A stretch of 64,000 nt of DNA. It comes from Dimorphilus gyrociliatus (lineage: Eukaryota > Animalia > Annelida). The notes under the pieces are model-generated. The model was given only the letters and a program-made list of their open reading frames with translations, was not told the DNA's origin and ran no database searches. Shown in pieces: positions 38,748 through 52,300 of the stretch (position 1 is its first letter; every line of letters starts with the position of its first letter). Both the position numbers and the translations under genes were made by a program. Where the stretch lies: assembly GCA_904063045.1 (NCBI GenBank), contig CAJFCJ010000002.1, positions 1,116,001 through 1,180,000 of the forward strand, read 5' to 3'.

Positions 38748-41700
38748 TTACTGAATTTTTATTTTTTTTATTGAATCGTTTTCCATTTGCCTTTGTCTTT
38801 TCAACGCCGGTCGCTTCTTAAGGTTCTTTCTTAATTTTTTTGCTGCACCTATTTCCGGAACGTTAATCATCTATAAAACAAAGACAATGTGACTTTTCAA
38901 ATTTCCAATAAACATCTATTACAAACCAGTTCGGCTGATTTTTGCTTGCGTTTCAATTTTTTAGCTCCCAAGATTTTAGTTGCATCAGAATATATTTGAG
39001 TATATTGTTTGCCACCGATTGCCGCCCTAATAAGAGAGCAAGTCTCCGTCGCTAAATCTTGTAATTCCTGAGTTTCTCCTGAAAAAATTCAAAAATTTAA
39101 GTTTAAATTTTATTCAGTATATTTATGAGCCGTATTATTCATTATTATTCATTCACCAGGTAAAAGCATAAATTCACATCTTATACATGTTTAATTTTCA
39201 ATAAAACTACTTATTAGCTTGTAGTGAATAATTGAAAACCCAAATGCTGCAGTATTGTTTGTTAAAACAACATTTGTTTATGTTAGTCATCAAACATACC
39301 TTTATGCCCAGTGACTCTAATCAAACTCTTGATGAAGTTATTTGCATATTTGCCAGCTAGCGATTTATCTTGCCCAGCACAGATAGCCGCAAAAAATTTA
39401 AAAGCTGTTTCATGAAATCTTCTTGATTTTGAGTTAGAAACCAGTTCTATATTTAATTCTTTAACAAGTTTCTTCACAACCCATTCCTCTTTATTATCAG
39501 ATTTTAGACTATTAAAGATTGATATAACATTTCGCACAATTTGGTCTAAATGCTCGTTTAGACAGTATTCAAATTCTAATTGTTTTAAATTCATCTTGCA
39601 TAAATCTTTTAGTTCGTTTTCCTCCTTAATTAAACCTATTTTCGGATCGAGAATAAAGCCTAATATTTGACTTGCCAAAGTCCTAACGTGACTGTGAGGA
39701 TGATTTAATAAATCTTTCACAATTGGGTACAAATTTCTTGGATATTCTTTAGATAATTTCATGAGTGAGCACTCCTTCGCCATTTGTAAAATAAACGACA
39801 AAGCAGTAATAAATAAATGGTCAATCTCTAAATCTTCCTTAATTTCTGTTTGTTCACCAAGTTTGAAAACGTCAAGGATTTGATCCAAAAGGGACGATAC
39901 TCTCTTTCGAAAACTTTCCTCTTCGACAGCAAGGAGTTGAGATAAAGTCATAATAGCTAAACGAAGATTAGCAACTTTTGAGCTTTTAAACCATTTTTGT
40001 ACCATTGTAACAAAGCTATCCCTGAATTTGTCATTCAACCGTTTAAATATCTTTTTAGTGACTAATGCTGCCAATTTCTTGCATTTTTCGCTCGATTCAT
40101 TGATTAACCTAAATATAAAGGACAAAGCTATATTTTTCAAATTATAAAGAATATTTTAAGCATATCGTAAAAAAGTTTTTCTTACCTAGAACTAACCGAT
40201 AACAAAAAATATAGAGAATTTTCTTGAATGACCTGGATCGGAAATCTTTCAAAAATTAACAGCAGCGTTTCTAACGCACTACATCTTCCGTTCTCTTCAA
40301 AATATTCTAGTTGACCAACCCAAAATTCTAAATGTTCTTTAACCTTTTTATCACCCAGTGGAAAATCAAGTGTATAATTCAATACTAAATTTCTAGCACT
40401 CTGACGAAGAAGTGGAATGTCAGATTTAATTACAGTCTCCCTTGCTTTGGAAATAATTTCCTCTAATTCAGGAAAGTCCGAACAGGTTTTAAGAAGAACA
40501 GATAACGCTTGATATATTTGAATATTCTTTCCATCATCATGGAGATTTGCATCAGCATAGACAACAAATAGTTGTAAATGTTTCGGGTTACTGATTTTTA
40601 ATTCGGCATCCCGAATTAATGAGGTAAGAGCTTTAAAAGCTAATTGAAGTACTAACGATTTGCTAGATGTAAATTCTTCTAGAAGAACAAATAAAGATTT
40701 CTCAAAATGTTGCGCATTTTCTTTAATGCTTACTAGCTTCATTTTAAGGAGACGAGGCAGAAGCCTTAAAGCGGCGCATAGGTTATTATCGTCACGATCG
40801 ACTTCTAATACTTGTAAAACTTTAGGGACGAAAGGGTCTAATAGTCGAACGTGGTCTAAATTATTTTCAAATTTTCTTTCTTTGAATAGTGATGATACTA
40901 GCGTAAAACAAATTTCTTGTAAAAGTGACATATTTGTCTTTACTGTTGTTTTTGGTTTCACTGCACCTCTAGAAGGTTCTAACGGAACGATGTAAGCGTC
41001 TTGCTTTTTCTCCAGATACTTTTCAATCATAGAGTCTACCTTAACTTTTGTTTTATCTTCTTCTGGTTCGATTGTCAGAGTGAAAGCAATTGTTAAAATT
41101 TCTTCCACAGAACATCTTTCATTTGCTGATATTCCTGAAGAAAAGACTTTTTAAGATATAATCTTCAAATAAGGTTGAAGTAGTACTCTTTTTTGAAAAT
41201 TTTTTACAATAAAAATACAATAGAAAGAAACTTTTTGCTATACTAAAAACAAGAATACTTTTATATTTATATATATACATATATACTGTATAATACATAC
41301 CCTTGCAAATTTGCAGAAAAAGCCTGCGTAATTTGTTAACGTCCTTGTGTGACGTCGTCTTGTAGAGAATTTCCTTGAAAGGATTTACAAGGTCATCGAA
41401 GGCTTTAGACTGAATGTTTTTACTTAGAAGTAAAATGATATCGTAACTTTTCACATTTTTGGCCTCGGGAACTTTAACTTCTGGCTCTTCGCCAAATAAT
41501 TCTTCTTTACAAACAAACGCAATTTGTTTGACAACTGAATTATAATTTTCATTAACAGTTGGCTCCAGGGCTGATAAGATAGAAAATATAGTCAAAGATA
41601 AAACGTTTTTTTGAAATCCTCTTCTCAATGCATTTTGCAGTTCATCCATAACGTAGTGAACATAACGCAACCCGAGACTGCAAACAACTTTCACCAAAGT

Positions 41701-44700
41701 TTCTCTGGCACTTTGTCGTACAGTAATTGTTCTACTTCTCAAGAAGTGAATAAGTTTTAGTAAAACTATAGGCAGATGAACGTCCTTAACCTTTTGAGGT
41801 AATTTTTGTAATAGTTTAACAATGGCAAGGGCTAATGGAACTCTAAGATTTTCTTCATCTCCGCTTTTGTTGATCATAAGCTTTTCAAGCTTAGCTAAGA
41901 CATTTTTTGTAAGGAAGGATGTTGCCTTCTCTGTAGCGAAATTAAATGAGTCCAGGATGCTTACAACTAATCTAACGTTGACATTTTTTAAGTCGGCTTT
42001 AAATTTTTCAATTTGTTTAATGCTGAAAATGAGTTCGTTCTGGTATGTCTTCCATTTTAAACATGATGTTAGCTTTCCATAAGATTCAATGCAAGTATCG
42101 ACAAGATTACCAAACTTTGCATATTTATTGTCGATGATATAATGAGAAATCAGTGGGAGAATGTAATGTGCTACAATCTTGGATCCTATTTCGTTTTCTT
42201 TTGCATAATCAGCTATTTTCCTCATAGCTTTAGATCGCCTATACATCTGAATGTGAATAATATTTTGAAATACATCAATCTCCTCGTCATCAGATTGCAA
42301 ATTCCTTAAACATGTAAATTCTCCTTCGTGGGTTTTAATTAAAGTAGAAAGTACTGTTATCCATTCGTGTCTCTTAGATTCATCCGATCTTGTCAATCCT
42401 ATGGAAAATTGTATCAAGTTTTAAAAGCGTTTTCACATTAAATAATTTACTATTGTTACCTTTTTTAACTAGAGGAAGAAGATGCAAACTTATTACATTC
42501 TGATAATCTTCATTTTCATTATATATACTGGACATTTGTTTCAATGAATCTTGAATGCTTAAACAAAATCTGTCAACTAAAACAGTATCTTCTATTGTGT
42601 TTATGACATATGCAGAGTTATGAATTAAAGCCATGAATAAAGGTCTTATGCTGATGTATTCAGTAGAATTCTTAAAATTCAACTCCATTGTCTCAAGTGC
42701 TTGCAATCGTTTGTCATAATCAGGTTCTTCTAGTCTCTTTTTGTCCCAAGCATTGCAATCTCGAATAAAGGACTTAACATCGGCATTTTTAAATGATTCC
42801 TGAAGACAATCAATAAGTGAGTCTCGCTGAACTCTATCTAACCCCAGAGAGCATAATCTTAATAGATTATCCGTAAATTTTTCTGCGTCAGTTTTCTTAA
42901 TTAAATGTTTTATTGAATTAAGTGCATGAACGTTTGCTGTCCTCTGTTTTAAAATTAAGGGGAGAAGTAATTTTAGAAGGCTATCTGAAATTTGTTGATC
43001 ATCAACAAAAATTCCTATCTTTGATAATATGGCTAGTTCTTTTTCAAGCTGTGCAATCTGTTGAAAATACATAGATAAAATTGATTTTATTATACGAAAA
43101 AGACTAATTAGCTTACTTTGAACTTCTTTTCCATACTTTTTTGAATATATTTCAATAGTTGACTAACAAAAGGTTTAATTATTAAGAAACCATCCTCATC
43201 TTCGTCGTCAACTAAATTAAGAATTATTTCCAATATAAAATCGCTGACTTTCTTTTTTAAAGATTTGTTTGATAACAAGTTAAAAACACCCGTGATTATT
43301 GTCACGTGATCAACTTTCAGGAGTAACAAGTTCCATAGACTTTTCTTACAAGCACAAGCATAAATCAGTTTCAAAGCAGTTGAAACGTTTGTAGCTTCGT
43401 TTTCTAAACCTTCAATAGAGTTTTTAAGTGCATTAGTGAATAAAATTTCCCTCTTATTTTCTGATATTGTTTCCATTTCGGATTGAAACATTCGTATTAT
43501 TACTTTCAAACATAGACCTTTGAGATGCTTTAAAGATTTTACAGATCTCTCTTTGAGATCTTCTTTTTTTTCATTTAAGACTCTGCATTGTTCTAAAATA
43601 ATAAGAAGAATCCCGATCATAACATCGGAATTTTCCATGACGCTCTTCTCCAGCTTGCTGATAATTAAATGTAAGGTATTTCCAACAGCAAGTTGCACTT
43701 GCAGATTGACTACTTTTTCTGGTGTTATATTTATCGCAACCTCTTTCAAGATCTTCTCAGGATTTATCTTGGTTGTATAGATCTGATAATATTCCAATAG
43801 TAACAAGAAGAAACTCTTGAATTCTGGAGCATTAGCTAAGAATCTAATAATTGTTGAACGTTTTGATATTGAAGCTAAATGACCTCCGCGATCTCTACCA
43901 TACTTTTGTAATAATTTCCCATATAAAAGCCTATGTAGAACATTCCATAACTTTTCTTTATGACTTTCATCAACACGATTCTCGCTTAATTCAGCCATTG
44001 CCAATTTCATTTTATGATCATTCAACAAATTGACCAAATGTTCTTTATAACTGGTCAAAAATGGCTGATTATATGCAAATAAACAATTTAAGGAAGACGA
44101 CTGAATGCCAGTGTCCCGATTTTGTAAAAAATTTAAGTATAAAGATCGTAAACGTTCGTGAGCCTGCAATTTTCCAGGATTTCGGAGTTTCGAAAAAAAA
44201 TTTAAATGTGTTCTCAATGCAAATCTGGTTTTTTTCTTGTCAATTTTAGAGGCATTTCTACCGCTTGGTTCACTTGATTGTAAAATATTTTCAAACTTCT
44301 TATTAACTGGAAAAACTTTTTCATATTCATTTCTGAAATTCAAAATAGAAAATATTTGTTGTAAATACGAAATGTATTTGCTATTTCTTCACTTACTCGA
44401 TAAAACGAAATAATAAGTCTGATATTTGATCTCCAAACTCTTCCATGATACCAATAAACTTATTCATGCCTTTCCACAATAAGTTTCTTACATTGTCATG
44501 ATCAGCTTTATATTCTGGCTTTATTGAAATCATATCCAATGCTGATGATAAAGGCTTATCAACGAAATCTTCTTCAGCCACCTCTAAATCTTCCTCTACA
44601 AGTATGCTTTATTATATTATAATTTTTTCCAATTGAAAGCTAGACTTACCGCAGAATGAGGCTACTCTATTCAAATGTTTTTTCCAAACAACGAAGAATG

Positions 44701-46959
44701 TCTCTTTATTAATCGCTTTAGCATAATTAGCTAAAATTTCTATTGTCGGTTCCCAACAAAGCATTAGATTAACATAACAATGGCCTACAAGATAATCTAC
44801 AATGATAAGTTGATCATTCTCCTTTTCTGCTTGTATTTCTTCAAGAATATCCAATTTTTGTAATATTCTTAACCGTTCCCTATACTGATGAACATTAGCT
44901 GGCGTTTCTTCAACTTTTACGCAAAATTCCATTTGTTTGCGCAAGTTTGAGGATAGAATTGAAAGAGAATGGGCAGCTAATTTACGCTTATGAGCTGAAG
45001 GAGAACATAGCAACTCCCTTAATTTACTAATCAAATGTTCCCTAAATTTCAGACTTTCAACTTCATTCGGATTCAGCGAGACGCACAAATTAAGGGCTGT
45101 AAGGTTATAGATGTCATTGCAGTCCTCGGTGCAAATATCTAAAATTTCTTTCCAAGACAGCTTCTTCTCCATAAGCGCAAAGCATGTTACTATTCCTAAA
45201 ATTAAACGACTGTTGTTTTTGTGTTGAGCCAAGAGGCGTTTTGGATCAAATACCAAATTCTGATTTTTTTTAGAATGTGGTAAAAGATATAACGCTATTA
45301 ACACTTTGTCTACATCTTTAGCCGATATCCACTCTTTTAGGACTTGCTCAATATTATCATCATTAATATTGTACGATTTCCAAGACCTTAAAGTAATAAT
45401 GAACTTTTGCAATTCTTCAATATGTGATTGTTAACGAAAATATTCTAATAATAAAATACTTTCTATTTCCATTGCTTATTGTAAACAACAGTTTAGTTTA
45501 TAAATATCTGCTATCAATTTAAGAATTATTATTCTTAAGTTCATTATTACTTTAAACTAGGGCCAAAAATTGGATTTGGTGATTTGGAATGAATGAGTTG
45601 TAAAATTAAGCTGATAACTTCTTCTTGATTTGATTTAACATTCTTTCCCAGATAAGATATAAATATTGGTTTAAAATAGCTGTCAAAGTCTTTGTTTTCT
45701 GATAATTTCATTGTAAAGGATGATACTTCACTAGTGTTGAAATTTGAATTCGCCACCGCTTTACACAACTCCAATTTTTTTTGAAAAGTTACAGATTGGG
45801 ACGAGAGTAACAATTCAATAAGGTCCAAGTTTGGATATTGTAAACAATTCTCTAGAAGACTTGGAACATTTTCTTCAGTTAAGAGTTGTAAATTTGCGTT
45901 TAGGACAGTGAGGCAGAGGTTAGGCGAAAAGTTTATCAGAATGGGTTGCCAAATTTGAGTAGCATATTGTAGATGAGTGTATTCTGCAAGTTTTTTCCAA
46001 ACTTCTGGACAGACTTCAGGAAGAGTTTTAATGATCTCTTGCAATGTTTTTCCACATTTTGAGTGTAAATGACCTGAAGTAGCTATGACGCTTTCAAATA
46101 AAAGTGAACCAATTGCTTCGCGAGATGAATTTTTGTTCTTAATGGTTTCTTTAAAAATTTCTAACATTTCTGTAAGATTAGAGCATTTCCTAAGCAAAAA
46201 AGCGAAAGTTTTCGCAGCAAATTCAACAATATAATTTCTCCTTGATGAAAGAAGAGGACAAAAAAGGTTGAAAATATTAATCATATCAGTTACCATTCGT
46301 CTCCATAATATTCTGAACAAATGTCCTAAACATGAAAAAGACCATTTCAAAGCATCGATATCATGATGTCTCTCATCTAGTATTTTGACAATAGCTCTAA
46401 AAACTTTGGGCCAAAATGGATAAAAATCTAAGAGAACATCTTCAGCTAAGGCAACAGCCAGTTCCAAGATAGCCTGTAATGCATTAGAATCCTCTATCTC
46501 CAAGTGTTTTAGAATTATATCTTGTAGTTTCTCCTTATTGTGAACAACTTGTACCGTAGTTCTAACCTCAAATGAAATATCACTTCGTAGATTAACTGCA
46601 AATAGAATATGTCCAATATAGTATAAAGCGATTACTTCTCGAATATCACATTAGATCTTTCTTGATCAAAGAAAAGTAACTCACCGAAATGTTCAGTGCA
46701 ATTTAAATCTGTCCATTTATCTAAAGAATCGGCGACATGTGTCAGTCCTGAATCGCTTTCATATCTTTTAATATGTCGATGAACATCAATATTTATATCA
46801 TCTAATTTTTCGGTAAATGATTGAAACTAAGTAGGGCGATATTATAGAAAAAATTTATAAGATCAGTTTCTTCACAGTTACAAAAAAAAAAGATTAACTT
46901 ACAACAAAGGTATTGGCCCTTAAAGTCCGTTTAGTTTTCTTTTTTCCTTTAATCGGCAT
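38748..46959 (-). CDS. UTP20: Small subunit processome component UTP20 (HEAT/ARM repeats), multi-exon
   Basis: N-terminus NTFV|FQSFTEKLDDINIDVHR; QAILELAVALAEDVLLDFYPFWPKVF; LWRRMVTDM; LLRPLANAIV-like region reading LRVPLALAIVKLL; LRSRTITVRQSARETL; RRGFQKNVL; FWVGQLEYFEENGRCSALE; basic C-terminus. Colinear with human UTP20 as recalled. Confidence 0.92.
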
Positions 46960-47002
46960 TTTGCACTTTATTTAACAATCCACTTCATTTAAATCCAAGC
47001 TG

Positions 47003-47008
47003 CACGTG
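47003..47008. promoter_or_regulatory. CACGTG E-box in the UTP20-COP1 divergent promoter
   Basis: E-box 44 bp upstream of the UTP20 ATG, in a spacer of about 200 bp. Fits Myc-type control of ribosome-biogenesis genes (inference). Confidence 0.4.
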
Positions 47009-47166
47009 TTTACAGCGTACTCGAGGTCTCACTAAATAACACAAAGCTTGACAACTTCAAAGCACGAGCTACACAAGAGTTGAGCAGAAACACACTTTCA
47101 GCAGTTCACTTTAGACATACCCATCTGGAATCTTTCACCTATTTTCCCACATATGAAGAAAAAGAT

Positions 47167-49072
47167 ATGTCTGCGTCTAGACTGTCGCAAGAAAAAGGTT
47201 CTATGTTTCAAGAACCTGAAGGAAAATTGACATATGAAGAATGGGAATTAACGTGCTCAATTTGCCTAGAAACAATGACTCTTCCTTCATTTGGGAAATG
47301 TGCACATTCTTTCTGTTTTCAATGCATAAGCCAGCATGTACAAATATCGAGATCATGTCCAATCTGTTACGATTATTTACATGAGGACCTAATATTCTTT
47401 AATAAGAATTTAGAATATTTCATAAGTGAAAAAAAATTGAAAGAAAGTTGTGCTAATACAAAAGGATTGGGCAACATTTTAAATCATAATCGTAGAGAAA
47501 AGGATTTGAAGAAAGCAGAGTCAATGAGTGGGGTGGCTGCAAGATTAGTATTAAAGAGACTAGCAGACAGATTAAACAAAGTCGATAAGGATATAAAGAT
47601 TGTTGAAGAGGTAAAAGAGAGAATAACAACTCAGTATTGTCCTACACCAAATAAACGTCCAAAAAGAGTAGCAAAAGAAACTAAAGTAGAAAATACAAGT
47701 CTTAAAAATTCTCAAGAATCTAGTCAATCATGTTCTCTCAATTTGACGCAGCTATCAGCTTCATTTAAAACTGCTCAGTTAAAAGTTGAAGAAGATAGAC
47801 CTCCGAAAGTTCACCAAGAAAAGCCAGTAGAATCTCTTAGATTAAAGGTAAATTTTTTAGAGTAAAATTATGATATGGTCAACAACATAAAGTGTAAATT
47901 ACATAATTTTATTTTAAATTTTTTTATAGGAAACAGTTAGGGAAGTCGTGAAAATCGGATCTGTTCATACAAAGCATATAAGTGAAATTAAGAAACACAC
48001 CATTCAAAGTTATAATTCTTTTGGGCCTGAATATGCTGCAAAATATGTAACTGAACTTCATAACTCTATTACAAAATACGATCTAATTAAATGCGTTCGG
48101 GGCTTTCACATTGATAAAGAATTAATTCCTAATATACCTATAATACCTTCTTTAGATGTTGATAAAGACAATGTACTTCTTTGTGCGGCTGATACAGCAA
48201 AGAACATAAATGTCTACTTTATTCCTGATTTAATATCAAATAGAACTACCAACGAGATTAGTCCTGCCTATATTCTTAAAGGCACTTGTAATTTCTCTTC
48301 GTTATCTTGGCAATATTTTCGATCAGTTCTGGTTTCAGGAGATAGAGATGGTTGTGTAGCGAGTTGGGATATCAACCGTCAAAGCACTATAAACAAATAT
48401 CAAGAGCACCATGGAAGATGTTGGTCAGTTTGCTGTTCTAGTTTCTATAAAAATGTTTCTTTAACTGGAGGAGATGATGGACAGTTAAAAATTTGGGATT
48501 TTACAATGAACTATTCAGCTAGTACAATATCGGTGCCAAGTAAAGTTTTGAGTGTGAAGTTAAATCCATCTAAAGCCTGCGAAGCCTTAGTTGGACTAGC
48601 GAATAATAAACTATTGTTTTATGATCTTAGAAAATTTAGTTATCCTTTGCTGGAAATTAAAGCTCATGAAAAAGCAGTTAGTTCTGCAAAATATTTAAAT
48701 GAATTTGAAGTTGTTACATCGTCAAATGACGCTTCAATGAAACTTTGGGATATTTCAAATTTGAATAAAGATCTACAGCCAATAAGAACCTTTTCTAAGC
48801 GAAGTAGCAAAAAAGAAATGTGTTTCACTGGTCTCTGTTGCAACAAAGATATGATTGCATGTGGTACTGAACAAAACACTGTGCAAGTTTACCATAAAAG
48901 TCTCTCAGACGTATGGCTGGTCTATAAATACGTTGGTGATTGTAACATTGAACATCCTTTGACTATTTGTTCGGTCACATGGGATACTAAAAATGATATT
49001 TTATTTTCGGCAGATCATATGTCATTTTTGAAAGTTTTACAACTACACGAAACTTGTTATGATGATTCTTAA
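47167..49072 (+). CDS. COP1: E3 ubiquitin ligase COP1/RFWD2-like (RING-HC, coiled coil, WD40), divergent; two exons
   Basis: RING CSICLE..KCAHSFCFQCI..CPIC; intron 47848-47929. WD40 region HHGRCWSV..TGGDDGQLKIW..FYDLR..HEKAVSSAKYL..VTSSNDASMKLW..FTGL..IACGTEQN matches the COP1 repeat order. Start assigned to the first in-frame ATG. Confidence 0.85.
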
Positions 49073-49304
49073 AAAGCCTATAAATTTATATTTTTTTGCC
49101 ATTTATTATAAAAATTGTTTATTAAAAAATGAAAATAAATTTGATAATCCATTTATCTGTGTCAATTCTGTAATTGCTCTTAAAAATCTGCTGAAGTAGT
49201 TTTCTAAAACTATTGATCCTCCATTTAAATAATTTCATAATAACGATTATCTCACTACATATGGGAATCTATAGAAGAACAGTATAAAAGACAATTGTCA
49301 GAAG

Positions 49305-52300
49305 TTAAGTTGTTGAGCTAGTTCTCGAATCCAAATTAAAATCTGATGTTAAAGCGACTATAGATTTAATATATTTCTTACTAAATTCGTATATTGCTAA
49401 GTAGTTTGCTGGAGACTTGATGTGTAAAAAGAAATAAAGGTATATGTGTTTATGCAATTGAAATCTATCTTACTTTAACAATAGGATAAGACGCGACAAC
49501 TAATGATGATGCATTGAAAAAGCGTACGACATGAAATATATCAATCCATTCTTCAATCAAGGCCATCTCCATCATATAATACAAAGCTACAACTGAAAAA
49601 GCTGTCGATTTTCTATCATTTGTGTGTAATAGTATTCTATTAGCAGGTGCAAAACGCGAGTGATGTATCATTAACTGAAAGTAATAAAAACAACCATAAC
49701 TAAATGTTGGCAAATCGAAATGATTGAATAAACAAACATGCTGCAAAATAGCTACTGATTCGTCGTTGTTAAACAAAGAACTATCCTTGGGCCAATCAAT
49801 TGTATGAAATATATACATCTTACGAGTTTTTGCTTTCCTTGTTGATTTTTGCAAATTGAATTTTGTAATGGATATTTGTCTATTGAGAATTATCAATAAT
49901 TGTATAATATATATTATAATTTATGAAGGTACATATATATTACCTTAAAGCAACTCTATTCCCTAATTTCGTATAATCTATAAATACAATTTTAAATTCT
50001 CCGTAAGTTACTTGTTTATTTTCCTGAGGCCAATAGTTACACAAAGTACCAGAAGTCGTTTTGTCTAAATTTATTATCGTTGAAACGTTTGACTGATAAC
50101 GAGATTTGTAATTAAACTTTGAAAATTTTTGTTTACTAGTAGAATCAACTTACGTCGAAGATAACACTCCAAAAGTATGCTATTTGTATTGTTGTGGTAG
50201 GTGTGTTAATTATTAAAAATCTATTTTTCATTGAGTAAGAATCTAAGTCAAAATAGTTTAGTATTCCCGTGTTTTGTCTGGGTGAACAGTTCTCAGGGAG
50301 TAATGCAGACAAAGAATAATATTCTTCATGCAATTGCTGATAACTATTCGACAATTGTAATTCTGAATCTATTCTTATAACATGATCAGTCAGACTGACC
50401 CTTTCAATAACAAACCAATAAATAAAACCCATTTGATTGCCATTCCCTATAATATTAACTCTTTCAACACTTAGATGAGAGCATATTTTAAGGATATCAA
50501 CTTTCTTAGAAATCTTTGCTTGAAAAAAACTCAGACGACATGCAATGTATAAACCACACCTACTCCCTCCCTCTTTATCTTGTATAATTGAAGTATCGTT
50601 CGGTTGTGTAGTGTCATCTATTACCCTTGTAAATGAAATAAAGGAGAGCATATCACTAGGTTTATTATCCATTGTCCAGCTTGCATATTGATATTGTGTT
50701 ATCTTTCTTGATTCACATCCGTTAGTAAGCTATCAAAATTTCATCGAATATTATAGTAAATGCTTTAGATAAACTATTATTCAATTACTCGGAATTCTCT
50801 AACAGTAAAGAAGTTTCGTCTTATCTCTCGTTTTAGAGTGACTTTTAAATCTTTGAATATCATATAGCCCCCGTCAATCGGCCAATATCTATCAAAATCA
50901 CAAAACTCCTCGTCCATTGCCATGAGAAGAATTATCTGTTTAAATATGGCAAAGGTTTTGAATTATGAAAGACTGATTGTAAAATATTATTTACATTTTT
51001 GGTTTTACTCGACCAAACTAGGAGCCAAAAATCAGTAATGGTATTTTTTAAGGGATATTGAGTAGCAATCATTGCTTTATCAAAGGGCTTTAGCGATTCG
51101 ATCCCTTCCGGAGCTGATATAATACTAGCATTTATATAATATTCTTTACTTGTTTCTAAAGAATCAGTTGGCTGAAATGATTAGGTTTTCAAACAGTTTT
51201 AAAGGAAAAAGACTCTTAAACCTATATAAATTTTACTAGATAACGATTATCATCAAATGGAACAGACATTCTCGACTGGTTGAGATCCAAATTTGATGAT
51301 AAACGACCAGCCGTGAACTGGATATGTTCAGTCGTTATCGTTGGCAATCGAAAATAATCGGAAAGTATTTTTCCGTTCCTTTCTATCTTATAAAAGTCTT
51401 TTAACGAGTACACTTGAAGGCGCCTTGAAGGTAATCTAAAAATGGGACGAGTCCCTGGACCAGCTCTAGGCTTATGATACCAGATAGTTGAGAGTGGAGT
51501 CTTTAAATAGTTTGTTATAGTCTTTTCCAAACTTTGTTCACCGTCCAAGGTCATTTTGGAAAAGAGTCTTTGAAATTTCCTAGTATACGATTTCATTATG
51601 AACTTTATAAAAAGAGATATAAACAGAATGGCTATAATAACAGATAAACAAATTCCAACAATATATCCAGCTGTCGATCCAGAGTTGCTCAATGATAACT
51701 TTGGTATTATATCTTTTATAGTGATAGTATCTAATTCATAAGCCTTTCTTACAATTGCAACCCAAATTGTATAAGGATAATCTTTGGAAAGTGGAGGATC
51801 GTAGTAATATTTATTTGAAATATTACGGCCAATATGAAAAGTTAAATTATTCATAGATTGTTTAAGCTTCAATTCAAATACAACATAAGGTTTTATTGGA
51901 TTAGCTGGATCATATCCTCTCAATTTCCGATAAATAAAGCTTGGAATTTTTGAATTATTACCAGATACTATGATTTTAGTACGATCAGCAATAGAATTTT
52001 GCCTAGTATACGTGCTATCATATAGGTCAGTTTGCTTTTTATTCTTCTTTGAAGAAGTAAATGGTTCTACAACTATGAAGAGCCTTGAACTTATTATATC
52101 GTCATTTATTTTTATGTTACGTATAGAAAACTTTATTGAATTATCTTTTAAAATTCGAAAATCATCCGCTGCGGATGGTACAGGAAATGGAAGAGCTGCA
52201 GTTCGAAATTCAATAGTTCTCGGTTCATTGACTATTGGAGATATAAAATCAATTTTTACAGAAGCTGAATATCTACATGCGGGAAACAGCTTGATAAATG

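Noticed and set aside
39068-39282. Longer UTP20 intron as a possible snoRNA host
   Set aside because: No convincing C box/D box pair with a terminal stem could be identified by eye. A snoscan-type search would be needed.
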